Source: a virus
Length of the DNA: 64,000 nucleotides
Strand: one strand, 5' to 3'
Virus record (IMG/VR): IMGVR_UViG_3300037104_000592
Coordinates: 1 to 64,000 of that record
The stretch's first letter is position 1. Every line of letters starts with the position of its first letter. Position numbers and translations under genes: made by a program. Shown in pieces: positions 40,161 through 48,368 of the stretch. A model generated the notes under the pieces. The model made no database searches and was not told the DNA's origin. It was given only the letters and a program-made list of their open reading frames with translations.

Positions 40161-40298
40161 ATGCAGATTTTTACGAATAATATTGATGCGGATGTTTATG
40201 ACCAGATTAAAATTTTAGCAATCAAAAGAAAGAAGAAAATATCTGAAATTATATCAGAAGCGCTTGTTGATATTTTGAGGAAATACGAAAATGAGTGA
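40161..40298 (+). CDS. 45-aa ribbon-helix-helix protein (not in ORF track)
   Basis: AGGAGG RBS; MQIFTNNIDADVYDQIKILAIKRKKKISEIISEALVDILRKYENE has a beta-alpha-alpha RHH pattern. Confidence 0.75.
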   Translation: MQIFTNNIDADVYDQIKILAIKRKKKISEIISEALVDILRKYENE

Positions 40299-41109
40299 AT
40301 ATAATCTTTGTAGTTATGGTTGTGGAAACATAGCAACATTTCAATTTAAAAATGGTAAATGGTGCTGTTGTAAAAATTTTAATTCTTGTCCTAATCAAAT
40401 TATAAAAACTAAAGAAAAAACATACGAGAAAATATATGGTATTGAAAAAGCTGCTGAATTAATAAACTTAAGACGAAAAGCATTTGAAGGGGATAAAAAT
40501 CCATCTAAAAAACTAGAAGCAAGAATAAAAATGTCAAAAAAATTAAAAGGAAAAAAATGTTGGTGTAAGGGACTAACAAAAGAAACTAATTTATCTTTAA
40601 AAGCATCTAGCGAAAAAATGAAAAAAACTCCAAAAACAAAAGAACATAATCAAAAAAATTCAATTTCTCATAAAGGAAAAACTCCTTGGAATAAAGGGTT
40701 AACAAAAGAAACAAATTTATCTTTAAAATTAATGAGTGAAAAATTGAAAGGAAGGAAAAGACCAGATGCATCATTGTATATGATAAATGGCGGATCTTGT
40801 CATGCATCATCTTTTATTAAAAACCCATCCAAACCTCAAGTTTCTTTATATAATTTAACTAAAGAGATTTTTCCTGAAGCTATTTTGAATTATCCTGTTG
40901 AAGAAGTAAATAAAAATTTAGATATAGCAATTCCTTCTTTAATGATTGCAATTGAATATGATGGGTCATATTGGCACAAAAATAAAGAGGATGATGATAA
41001 AAGACAAAAACTTCTAGAAAGTTTTGGTTGGAAATTTATAAGATATAGAGATCGTATCCCATCGTCAGATGGTTTATTAAAGGATATTCAAATAATAAGA
41101 GGTGAATAA
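40291..41109 (+). CDS. Free-standing endonuclease: CxYGCG module, WNKGLTKET repeats and Vsr/DUF559-like domain
   Basis: LCSYGCG..KNGKWCCC; LDIA..IAIEYDGSYWH..GWKFIRY; paralog of 12614. Confidence 0.8.
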   Translation: MSEYNLCSYGCGNIATFQFKNGKWCCCKNFNSCPNQIIKTKEKTYEKIYGIEKAAELINLRRKAFEGDKNPSKKLEARIKMSKKLKGKKCWCKGLTKETNLSLKASSEKMKKTPKTKEHNQKNSISHKGKTPWNKGLTKETNLSLKLMSEKLKGRKRPDASLYMINGGSCHASSFIKNPSKPQVSLYNLTKEIFPEAILNYPVEEVNKNLDIAIPSLMIAIEYDGSYWHKNKEDDDKRQKLLESFGWKFIRYRDRIPSSDGLLKDIQIIRGE

Positions 41110-41453
41110 TGAAATTTAAGAGAGATTTTATAACAAATAGTTCATCAACTTCTTTTGTATTAGCAGGATTTAATATTTCAGAAGAAGGTCATAGTTATGA
41201 AGAAGTAGAACGAAAAATACATGAGTTTGAAAAACATAGAGAAAAATCATATTATTATGGATTTGGACTTGAAGGTGGTGCTGATACCAATGATAATCTA
41301 ATTATAGGTAGAATTCTTATTGATATTGATACTTATCAAGAATATGAAGAAATAGATTTTAATACTGATATTAGTGATGTTATTGAACTTGCGAAAGAGT
41401 TTGGAGTCAATAAAAAAGATATTAAGTTTATTGTTTCTACTAGACAATCGTAA
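41109..41453 (+). CDS. DFITNSSS-family protein
   Basis: MKFKRDFITNSSSTSF. Confidence 0.7.
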   Translation: MKFKRDFITNSSSTSFVLAGFNISEEGHSYEEVERKIHEFEKHREKSYYYGFGLEGGADTNDNLIIGRILIDIDTYQEYEEIDFNTDISDVIELAKEFGVNKKDIKFIVSTRQS

Positions 41454-41468
41454 TTAAAGGAATGAAAA

Positions 41469-42494
41469 ATGAAATTTTTATTTTCAGCTGACTTACATTT
41501 ATCAGGTTATCTTCAAGATAAAGTCGTCAAAGAGTCTAATCTTCCTGAGAGATTAGACTCAATTAAAAATATAATGTATCAGATGTCCGACTATTGTAGG
41601 ACTAATGATATAGATAAAATAATTTTAGGTGGAGATTTATTACATAACAAGTCAGTAATTTATACTGATGCTCAAAGTGTATTACTTAATTATTTTCGTA
41701 ATAATAAAGATTTATATTTTTATGTAATAGATGGTAATCATGATTTGGGAAGTCGTGGTGAAAATCCAAATTCTGCTCTTGAATCTTTAGATTCTGAATC
41801 AAATGTTTATAGATTTAAACAATCTGGGTATCTTGAGAATAATAAAGAAATCTTTATTGTTCCTTATAGCACTAAAATGACTACAGAAATTAAAGAGAAT
41901 AGTTGTAAATATTTAATATCTCATTTCGGATTAAATGAAGCGTTTCTAAATTCTGGAATAAGTCTTGTGTCTGATTTAGGAATAAAAGATTTAAAAAATA
42001 AATATAAATTTGTGTTACTTGGACACTATCATTCTCCGCAAGAAGTTCCATCAGAAGAAATTGATATTTATTATGTGGGTTCTCCGATCCAGCGAGATTG
42101 GGGAGAAAAGAATGAAATCAAGAGGTTCCTGGTAGTTAATACAGAAAAAGATCAAATCGTAAGTATTCCTACAACTGGATATAAGAAGTATATAGAATTA
42201 CAATTAACTAAGGAAAATAAAGATGAAATTGTAAATCAAGCAAATGAATATAAAGCAAATGGGCATGATGTTAAACTTATCAAAAAAGAAATATTTGATA
42301 CAGATGATATTTCACAAGATTTAAGGATTGTTGAAAAAATTGAAAAAGATATTACAAATCGTGGAATTGATTCATCTATGTCTATGGAAGAAAAGATCTT
42401 AAAATATCTTGAGATTAAAAATATTCCTAAAGATAAAATTGATAGATATAAAAAAATTGGAATTGAAATAGTATCATCTATTTCAGGAGGATAA
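41469..42494 (+). CDS. SbcD/Mre11/gp47-like nuclease
   Basis: ADLH, GGDLLH, GNHD, SH, LGHYH, YVGSP.Q..WGE. Confidence 0.9.
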   Translation: MKFLFSADLHLSGYLQDKVVKESNLPERLDSIKNIMYQMSDYCRTNDIDKIILGGDLLHNKSVIYTDAQSVLLNYFRNNKDLYFYVIDGNHDLGSRGENPNSALESLDSESNVYRFKQSGYLENNKEIFIVPYSTKMTTEIKENSCKYLISHFGLNEAFLNSGISLVSDLGIKDLKNKYKFVLLGHYHSPQEVPSEEIDIYYVGSPIQRDWGEKNEIKRFLVVNTEKDQIVSIPTTGYKKYIELQLTKENKDEIVNQANEYKANGHDVKLIKKEIFDTDDISQDLRIVEKIEKDITNRGIDSSMSMEEKILKYLEIKNIPKDKIDRYKKIGIEIVSSISGG

Positions 42495-42495
42495 A

Positions 42496-42759
42496 ATGGA
42501 CGAGAATGAAAGAAATCCTATTAATGTAAATGTTCTTTTTACTGATATACTTACTCTCTTATTAAATTTAGATAATGGTGTAAATTTATCAATTTGTAAA
42601 AATATAGTTTCATGTGTTATGCATAATTTAACACCAGAAGATTTCAGTGAAGAAGTAAAATTACATTTTTATGGAACTGCATATGGGGGTGATCTTAAAG
42701 TAGATTATCCAAAAGAATATGATAAATTATGTAAATTATTTGGGTGTCTTGCACTATGA
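42496..42759 (+). CDS. Hypothetical protein between the sbcD-like and sbcC-like genes
   Basis: AGGAGG RBS, 87 aa. Confidence 0.6.
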   Translation: MDENERNPINVNVLFTDILTLLLNLDNGVNLSICKNIVSCVMHNLTPEDFSEEVKLHFYGTAYGGDLKVDYPKEYDKLCKLFGCLAL

Positions 42760-44945
42760 GAACTGTAAACTTCAGAAAAGTAGTGATGGAAAATTTCTGT
42801 TGCTATAAGAATAGATTAGAATATGAGTTTAAGAATGATACAATAGTTTTAGTAACAGGTCCTAATGGTGTTGGAAAATCTACAATCTTTTCTGCTGTTC
42901 CTTATACTTTATATGGCGTTAGTCCTACAGGACTCAAGGGTGAAGATGTCGTAAATAATGAAGTAGGAAAAAATTGTTATACAGCATTAGAGTTTGATAT
43001 TGATGAAGATAAATATCTTTGCGAAAGATATGTTAAAAACTCTAAATTAGGAAATACAGCAACTTTAAAAAAGAATACTGTTTTAATTAAAAAAGGTCAT
43101 ACAGAAGTTATTGCAGAAATTGAAAGAATTTTAATCCCCCAGAAACTATTCTTAAATACTCTTCTATTTGGTCAGAAAGTTAAAACATTCTTTACAGATC
43201 TTAATGACACAGATCAAAAAGATATTTTTAGAAAAGTTCTCCAACTTGATGATTATATTCTTTATTATGATGAATCTTCTGATAAATTGAAATCATTCAA
43301 AAAAGAATTAGATAAAACTAAAGCTGAGATTAATTTAACAGTTGGTTTAATTGAAGGAGTCAAAAATCAAATATCTCAACTAAAAGAATCTCAAACTAGA
43401 TTTAAAGTATCTAAAAATACTGAAATAAAAAAATTAAAAGATGAAAAATTAGAAATAGAATCTCAAATAGATGAAAACAATAAAATTCTGCTAGAGTTTG
43501 GAGATGAAGATTTAAACTCTAAATCTAAAGAGTTAAATGAAAACTATTTTCTATTAAAAAATTCAATTGATATTATAAATAATGATCTTAAAAATTCTTT
43601 AAGTCAAGCATTATCTAAAAAAAATGAAAAAGAAAATGAAATCAAAAATGAATATTCTTTAAGAAATTCTGAATTAACTTCAATAAAAGATTCTAATATT
43701 CACAAAGAATTTTCTGATTGTCAAGAAAAATTAAAAGATATAAAAATAGAGTTATCAAAAATAGAAACTAGTCTTGATAATGTAAGAGAAGATCATAGAT
43801 TAAAAACAATAGATTATGGGATGACTCTTGAAAAAATAAAAAAACTTCAAGATAATTTAAATTCTGACTTAGTAATATGTCCATTATGTAAACAAGAAAT
43901 AGGAAAAGAAAATATTTCTCATTTACAAAAAGAATTAGAAGCAACCGAGCAATCTGCAACTTTTGTAAAAAATGCAATTGATAAATTGAAAGAAAAAGGT
44001 ATTGAGTTAAGAGATAAAATAACTATAATGAAGGAAGAAGTAAACGAGATTTCAAATACAAGTTCTTCAAAAACTAAAGAAATAGAAAAAGAATTCACAA
44101 TCAATAGTAAAGAGAATAAAGATAAATATCTAGCAGTATTATCTAAAATAGATACAATATATAAAAATATGGTTTCTTCTATTGATGAAGAAGCAAAAAA
44201 TAAATCAAAAGAAGTTAAAGATAAAATATCTAAAGTCGAATCTGAAAGAGATAATATTTTAAAAAAGATAACCGAAAAACAATTTTTTATAGAAGTTATC
44301 ATATCCTTAAAGAACCAAGTTATTTATACAGAAAATTTGATAAAAAGTAAATCATCTGAAAAATTTGATGATTCTGTTTTGAAGAAATCAGAAGAAAAGT
44401 ATATTGAGTTACAAGATAATTTATTTGATTTAGAAGGAGATGAAAGTGATCAAGAAGATCTAATTGAAATATATGATTTTTGGAAAACTGGATATTCAAT
44501 GTCTGGTATTCCTTCAATGCTTATAGATGAAGCAATTCCATTTATGAACGAAAAAATTGGATTTTATTTAGATCAAATTGGTGGAAGATATATTGTCTCA
44601 TTTGATACTCTAAATCAAAATAAAAGTGGAGATTTTAAAGATAAAATTTCTGTAAATGTTTATGATACAGTTACAAAAGCAAATACAAGAAAACAGTTCT
44701 CGGGTGGTCAAACCAGAATTGTTGATATCGCAACCATTTTAACTTTAAGAGATTTACAAAGTAATATTCAAGATATGAGAACTAATATTATTATTCTTGA
44801 TGAAATATTTGACTCTTTAGATTCAAAAAATATTGAATATGTATCAACTGTTTTAAGAAAAATGACGAAAGGAAATTCAATAAATATCATTAGTCATACT
44901 CAAATTGATCAATTAGATGTTGATGATACATTGAGATTTCTATAG
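42756..44945 (+). CDS. SbcC/Rad50/gp46-like ATPase
   Basis: GPNGVGKS, coiled coil with CPLC zinc hook, FSGGQ, IILDE, ISH. Confidence 0.92.
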   Translation: MRTVNFRKVVMENFCCYKNRLEYEFKNDTIVLVTGPNGVGKSTIFSAVPYTLYGVSPTGLKGEDVVNNEVGKNCYTALEFDIDEDKYLCERYVKNSKLGNTATLKKNTVLIKKGHTEVIAEIERILIPQKLFLNTLLFGQKVKTFFTDLNDTDQKDIFRKVLQLDDYILYYDESSDKLKSFKKELDKTKAEINLTVGLIEGVKNQISQLKESQTRFKVSKNTEIKKLKDEKLEIESQIDENNKILLEFGDEDLNSKSKELNENYFLLKNSIDIINNDLKNSLSQALSKKNEKENEIKNEYSLRNSELTSIKDSNIHKEFSDCQEKLKDIKIELSKIETSLDNVREDHRLKTIDYGMTLEKIKKLQDNLNSDLVICPLCKQEIGKENISHLQKELEATEQSATFVKNAIDKLKEKGIELRDKITIMKEEVNEISNTSSSKTKEIEKEFTINSKENKDKYLAVLSKIDTIYKNMVSSIDEEAKNKSKEVKDKISKVESERDNILKKITEKQFFIEVIISLKNQVIYTENLIKSKSSEKFDDSVLKKSEEKYIELQDNLFDLEGDESDQEDLIEIYDFWKTGYSMSGIPSMLIDEAIPFMNEKIGFYLDQIGGRYIVSFDTLNQNKSGDFKDKISVNVYDTVTKANTRKQFSGGQTRIVDIATILTLRDLQSNIQDMRTNIIILDEIFDSLDSKNIEYVSTVLRKMTKGNSINIISHTQIDQLDVDDTLRFL

Positions 44946-44953
44946 GTGACATA

Positions 44954-45304
44954 ATAAAAACTAAAAGCGATTTTATAACCAATAGTAGTTCTACAAGTTT
45001 TATCCTTTCAAAAAGCAAAGATAAAGAAGTTGGAACTATTAAAATTAATTTTGAGGTAGATTTTAGAGACTTTAGATCTAAAATTTTTAAAACTGAAGAA
45101 GAAATAATAGAATATTTTGGGAATGATCATCCTGAAATAAATGAAATGTTAGAAGAAATTAAATATGGAAGAGAAATTGTAGTAATGAATTGTTATTCAG
45201 ATAGTGATAATCCAATAGAGGTTGCTCTTTGTTTTGATGGAATAGATAATTTTAATTTTGAAGGTGATGATATAAAAGTAATTTGTGGCGAAGGTGGATA
45301 TTAA
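44954..45304 (+). CDS. DFITNSSS-family protein with apparent ATA start (not in ORF track)
   Basis: Reads (I)KTKSDFITNSSSTSF... for 116 open codons; AGGTGA RBS; stop overlaps the next ATG. Confidence 0.65.
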   Translation: MKTKSDFITNSSSTSFILSKSKDKEVGTIKINFEVDFRDFRSKIFKTEEEIIEYFGNDHPEINEMLEEIKYGREIVVMNCYSDSDNPIEVALCFDGIDNFNFEGDDIKVICGEGGY

Positions 45305-45900
45305 TGAAAATTAAACAAGATTTTATAACTAATAGCAGTTCAACAAGCTTTACTTTAAGAGTATCTATAACATCTGAAATAGAATTATTAGATAAATTTG
45401 AAAAATTTGATGTGAAAAAATTAAAATTAAAAAACTTTAAATTTGAAAATTTAAAAGAATATAGTAATTCTGTATTTTTTGATCTAGCACTTAAAGAAAA
45501 AGAATATGATGATGAAGATGAAGTAGGAATGTTAAAATATATATCAGGTTGTCTTGAAGTAGGTAATACCTGTCACCCAGATACTGATGAATTAATTGAA
45601 TTAATATATGTAAATATACTTTTAAGATATTTTTGCTGTTGTTATAGTCCAAATACAGAAGAGGATTTAATTACCATTTTTAAAAAAATAATCAAATCAA
45701 TTGGTGGGAAAGTTAGATATCCATTTGGAATATTATTTACTCAAACACCAGATGCTGAGGGTGATGGGTATGGTGGAGATCCTCAAGGGTTATATACTAG
45801 TTATAAAGAACTATTTTTAGGAGAAGCTAAAGTAGGAAGAATTATTTTTATAAACGAAAGAGAAAGTCCAATAATAGAAACATCTAAAATAGGTGGGTAA
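45304..45900 (+). CDS. DFITNSSS-family protein
   Basis: MKIKQDFITNSSSTSF; true start is ATG 45304. Confidence 0.7.
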   Translation: MKIKQDFITNSSSTSFTLRVSITSEIELLDKFEKFDVKKLKLKNFKFENLKEYSNSVFFDLALKEKEYDDEDEVGMLKYISGCLEVGNTCHPDTDELIELIYVNILLRYFCCCYSPNTEEDLITIFKKIIKSIGGKVRYPFGILFTQTPDAEGDGYGGDPQGLYTSYKELFLGEAKVGRIIFINERESPIIETSKIGG

Positions 45901-45904
45901 ATAA

Positions 45905-46243
45905 ATGGGATATGTAAGAAGATCAGAAAGAATTAAACATTTGAAACAGTATAAAGATATTAGATTAATTTTTAAGAATTTATTTGATACTCCAAATTTT
46001 ACAGATAATATTGTATATGGCGCAAGCTTTAAATGGTATTTTAATTCATTTTTAAGAAACAAATGGGGAAATGAAAAAAAAATAAAAGATAATGTTAAAA
46101 ATTTTCTAGAAAATAATTTGCGAGGTATAGGGTTTATTTTTGAAGTTAAATTATTACCTCATCCTTGGGCATCAAGATCAGGAATGTCTCCTAGTTTTAG
46201 AATTTTGACGAGGTTATATAATGGACCAAATTCAAATAGTTAG
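45905..46243 (+). CDS. Hypothetical basic protein
   Basis: 112-aa ORF with RBS. Confidence 0.5.
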   Translation: MGYVRRSERIKHLKQYKDIRLIFKNLFDTPNFTDNIVYGASFKWYFNSFLRNKWGNEKKIKDNVKNFLENNLRGIGFIFEVKLLPHPWASRSGMSPSFRILTRLYNGPNSNS

Positions 46244-47246
46244 TTGGCTTCTTACACGAAGATGTAATCTTAGATGTTCATATTGTAGAATATCTAGAGA
46301 TTATAAAGCACCTCCAGAATATAATTCAATGAAATATTTTCATCAATTAGAAATGAAAACGGAAGATATTTTAGAAACATTAAGAAGATTAAAGCTTCAT
46401 AATCCTAATGTTTTCCATATCTTTTACGGAGGAGAACCAACCCTTAGAACAGACTTATCAGAAATAATAGGATATTGTCATAAGGAATATATTAATTATA
46501 CCATCATTTCAAATATGACTGATAGACCCAAAGAAGTAATTGATAACTTAATTAAAGAACACGGATTCCTTCAAGGATTAACAGCGAGTATAGACCCTAT
46601 TATCATGGAAGAATATTCAAATGAGGATAGATGGAGAAAAACTTGGGGAGGATATAGCTTAAGAAAATATAGAGGAAAAGTAAAGGATTTAGTTGCTGAG
46701 ATAACTGTAAGTAATGATAATCTAAAGAATTTATATTCATTAGTTAGAAAATTAACAGATGATGGAATAAATTCTGATATTACTTTTGTTGATATAGCTA
46801 AATCTCCATATTATGATTTCTCTAATGTTACAGATGATGATTTATTAGTTTATAAATCAGCCGAATTAAGAGATATTATAAATAGAATAATTGGTGAAAA
46901 ATTAGATGTTCATATGAGAGATATTCTTTTACCTGCTATTTATGATATTCTTCCTTCTGAATTAGATTGTAAGATTGAAGATGATGTTCATAATATAACA
47001 ATTGATGCAGATGGAAGTATTCGATTATGTTTAAGAATTTGCGGAATTATAACTCCTGGATCTTTTAGGACTTCAAACTTTTTAGATGAAAATGGAAAAA
47101 TTCATGAAAGTTTAAAAGATGTATTAGGTCAAGATAAAAAAAGACTATGTCAAAAATGTAATTGGACCTGCCAGATTATGAGTTCTTTATTATCAAAAAA
47201 TGATGGAAATATTGAAAGTCTTCTTCATTCTGAAAGGAGATTATAA
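46221..47246 (+). CDS. Radical SAM protein with C-terminal Cys-rich (SPASM/twitch-like) region
   Basis: LTRRCNLRCSYC, GGEP, C..ITIDADG.I.LC, CQKCNWTC. Confidence 0.85.
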   Translation: MDQIQIVSWLLTRRCNLRCSYCRISRDYKAPPEYNSMKYFHQLEMKTEDILETLRRLKLHNPNVFHIFYGGEPTLRTDLSEIIGYCHKEYINYTIISNMTDRPKEVIDNLIKEHGFLQGLTASIDPIIMEEYSNEDRWRKTWGGYSLRKYRGKVKDLVAEITVSNDNLKNLYSLVRKLTDDGINSDITFVDIAKSPYYDFSNVTDDDLLVYKSAELRDIINRIIGEKLDVHMRDILLPAIYDILPSELDCKIEDDVHNITIDADGSIRLCLRICGIITPGSFRTSNFLDENGKIHESLKDVLGQDKKRLCQKCNWTCQIMSSLLSKNDGNIESLLHSERRL

Positions 47247-47468
47247 ATGAGTAATCCTGCTACAAGTTCAACATTATTAGAGAAGTTACTTGGAATAGAC
47301 AAAGATAGAAAAAATAAATATCTTTTAAAAGAAATTAATAAACTATTAAATGAAAATAAAAATATGAAAATAGCAATAACTATGTTATTGAATGATCTTC
47401 CATCAAATAAAGATTGGTTAGATCCTGTTTTAGAAAAGCAACTAAAAGAATATAGACTGGGGAAATAA
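47247..47468 (+). CDS. Hypothetical protein
   Basis: AAGGAG RBS. Confidence 0.55.
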   Translation: MSNPATSSTLLEKLLGIDKDRKNKYLLKEINKLLNENKNMKIAITMLLNDLPSNKDWLDPVLEKQLKEYRLGK

Positions 47469-47471
47469 TAA

Positions 47472-47810
47472 ATGGAAGAAAAGAAAAATCTAGATGAAAT
47501 ATCTTCTGCTATAGACTTTTTACAAAAAATAATTTTGGAGGATGTCATTTTTATAAAATTTAAGAAAAAAGATGGAAATGATAGAATTATGAAATGCACC
47601 TTAAATTTTTCTAGAATTCCAGAAGAATTGAGACCAAAAGGTGTTAATTTAAAAAATATTTTAAAGCAAATAAAGGAACATAAAATTCTTAAAGTTTTTG
47701 ATCTTGAAAGTATGGGGTGGAGAAGCGCTCCATTTGATAGAACAGAATGGCTACAAACAATTGATAAAATCTATTCTATAAAGAAAGTTGAGGAGCTCTT
47801 TGAAAAGTGA
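47472..47810 (+). CDS. WYL_2/Sm-like SH3 beta-barrel protein
   Basis: FKKKDG.DR.MKCTL...VFDLE..GWRS. Confidence 0.75.
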   Translation: MEEKKNLDEISSAIDFLQKIILEDVIFIKFKKKDGNDRIMKCTLNFSRIPEELRPKGVNLKNILKQIKEHKILKVFDLESMGWRSAPFDRTEWLQTIDKIYSIKKVEELFEK

Positions 47811-47993
47811 CAATTATAAAATATTTTACTTCAGCAGAATTAATAGTAGATCCAGCACAAGGAAAAATCTGGGTAAATGCACCTAATTGTATTTTAAGAA
47901 TTCAAGGACTAAAATTTAATAATGAAATAGAAAAGTTTTCAATGATTGACATAAATGGAAGTGATTCTTTTATGATGGAAGGAGAGATATAAA

Positions 47994-48368
47994 ATGACAA
48001 TGTTAGAAGAAATTCTAGAAAAAACAAAAACTTTACCCACTGATGATCAATTAAAACAAATTTGTGATCAAATACAAAAAGAAGAAGAAGAAAAATTTAG
48101 AGATTATTTAGGAGAGATGCCAAAAGGACCCAATATGTTTCTAGCAATTTGGGTTCCTGGAATTACAGGAAAAGAATTATGTTATGTATGTTTAGAAAGA
48201 GAATTTCCTGGTAAATATTTAGTAACTCTTTGGTCTAAATTATCCGAAAAAAGTATAATAAAAAAGAAATCATTAATAAGAACAAAAGTTTGGGAAGTTA
48301 AAGAAAGCGCTCCAAAAAAGATTTTAGAAGAATATGCTAAAATACTTAAGTTCATGAGAGGAAAATAA
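47994..48368 (+). CDS. Hypothetical protein coupled to the E2 gene
   Basis: AAGGAG RBS; stop overlaps the E2 ATG. Confidence 0.6.
   Translation: MTMLEEILEKTKTLPTDDQLKQICDQIQKEEEEKFRDYLGEMPKGPNMFLAIWVPGITGKELCYVCLEREFPGKYLVTLWSKLSEKSIIKKKSLIRTKVWEVKESAPKKILEEYAKILKFMRGK

Noticed and set aside
42480-45900. C-terminal GG in the SbcD-like protein (..ISGG) and in ORFs 44954 (..EGGY) and 45304 (..IGG) as additional Ubl-like tails
   Set aside because: The Gly-Gly codons coincide with the GGAGG/GGTGG ribosome-binding site of the next gene, and no beta-grasp pattern is present.
46221-47246. QueE assignment for the radical SAM protein
   Set aside because: Too long, lacks the QueE CxxxCxxCDT context, and has an extra C-terminal Cys cluster.
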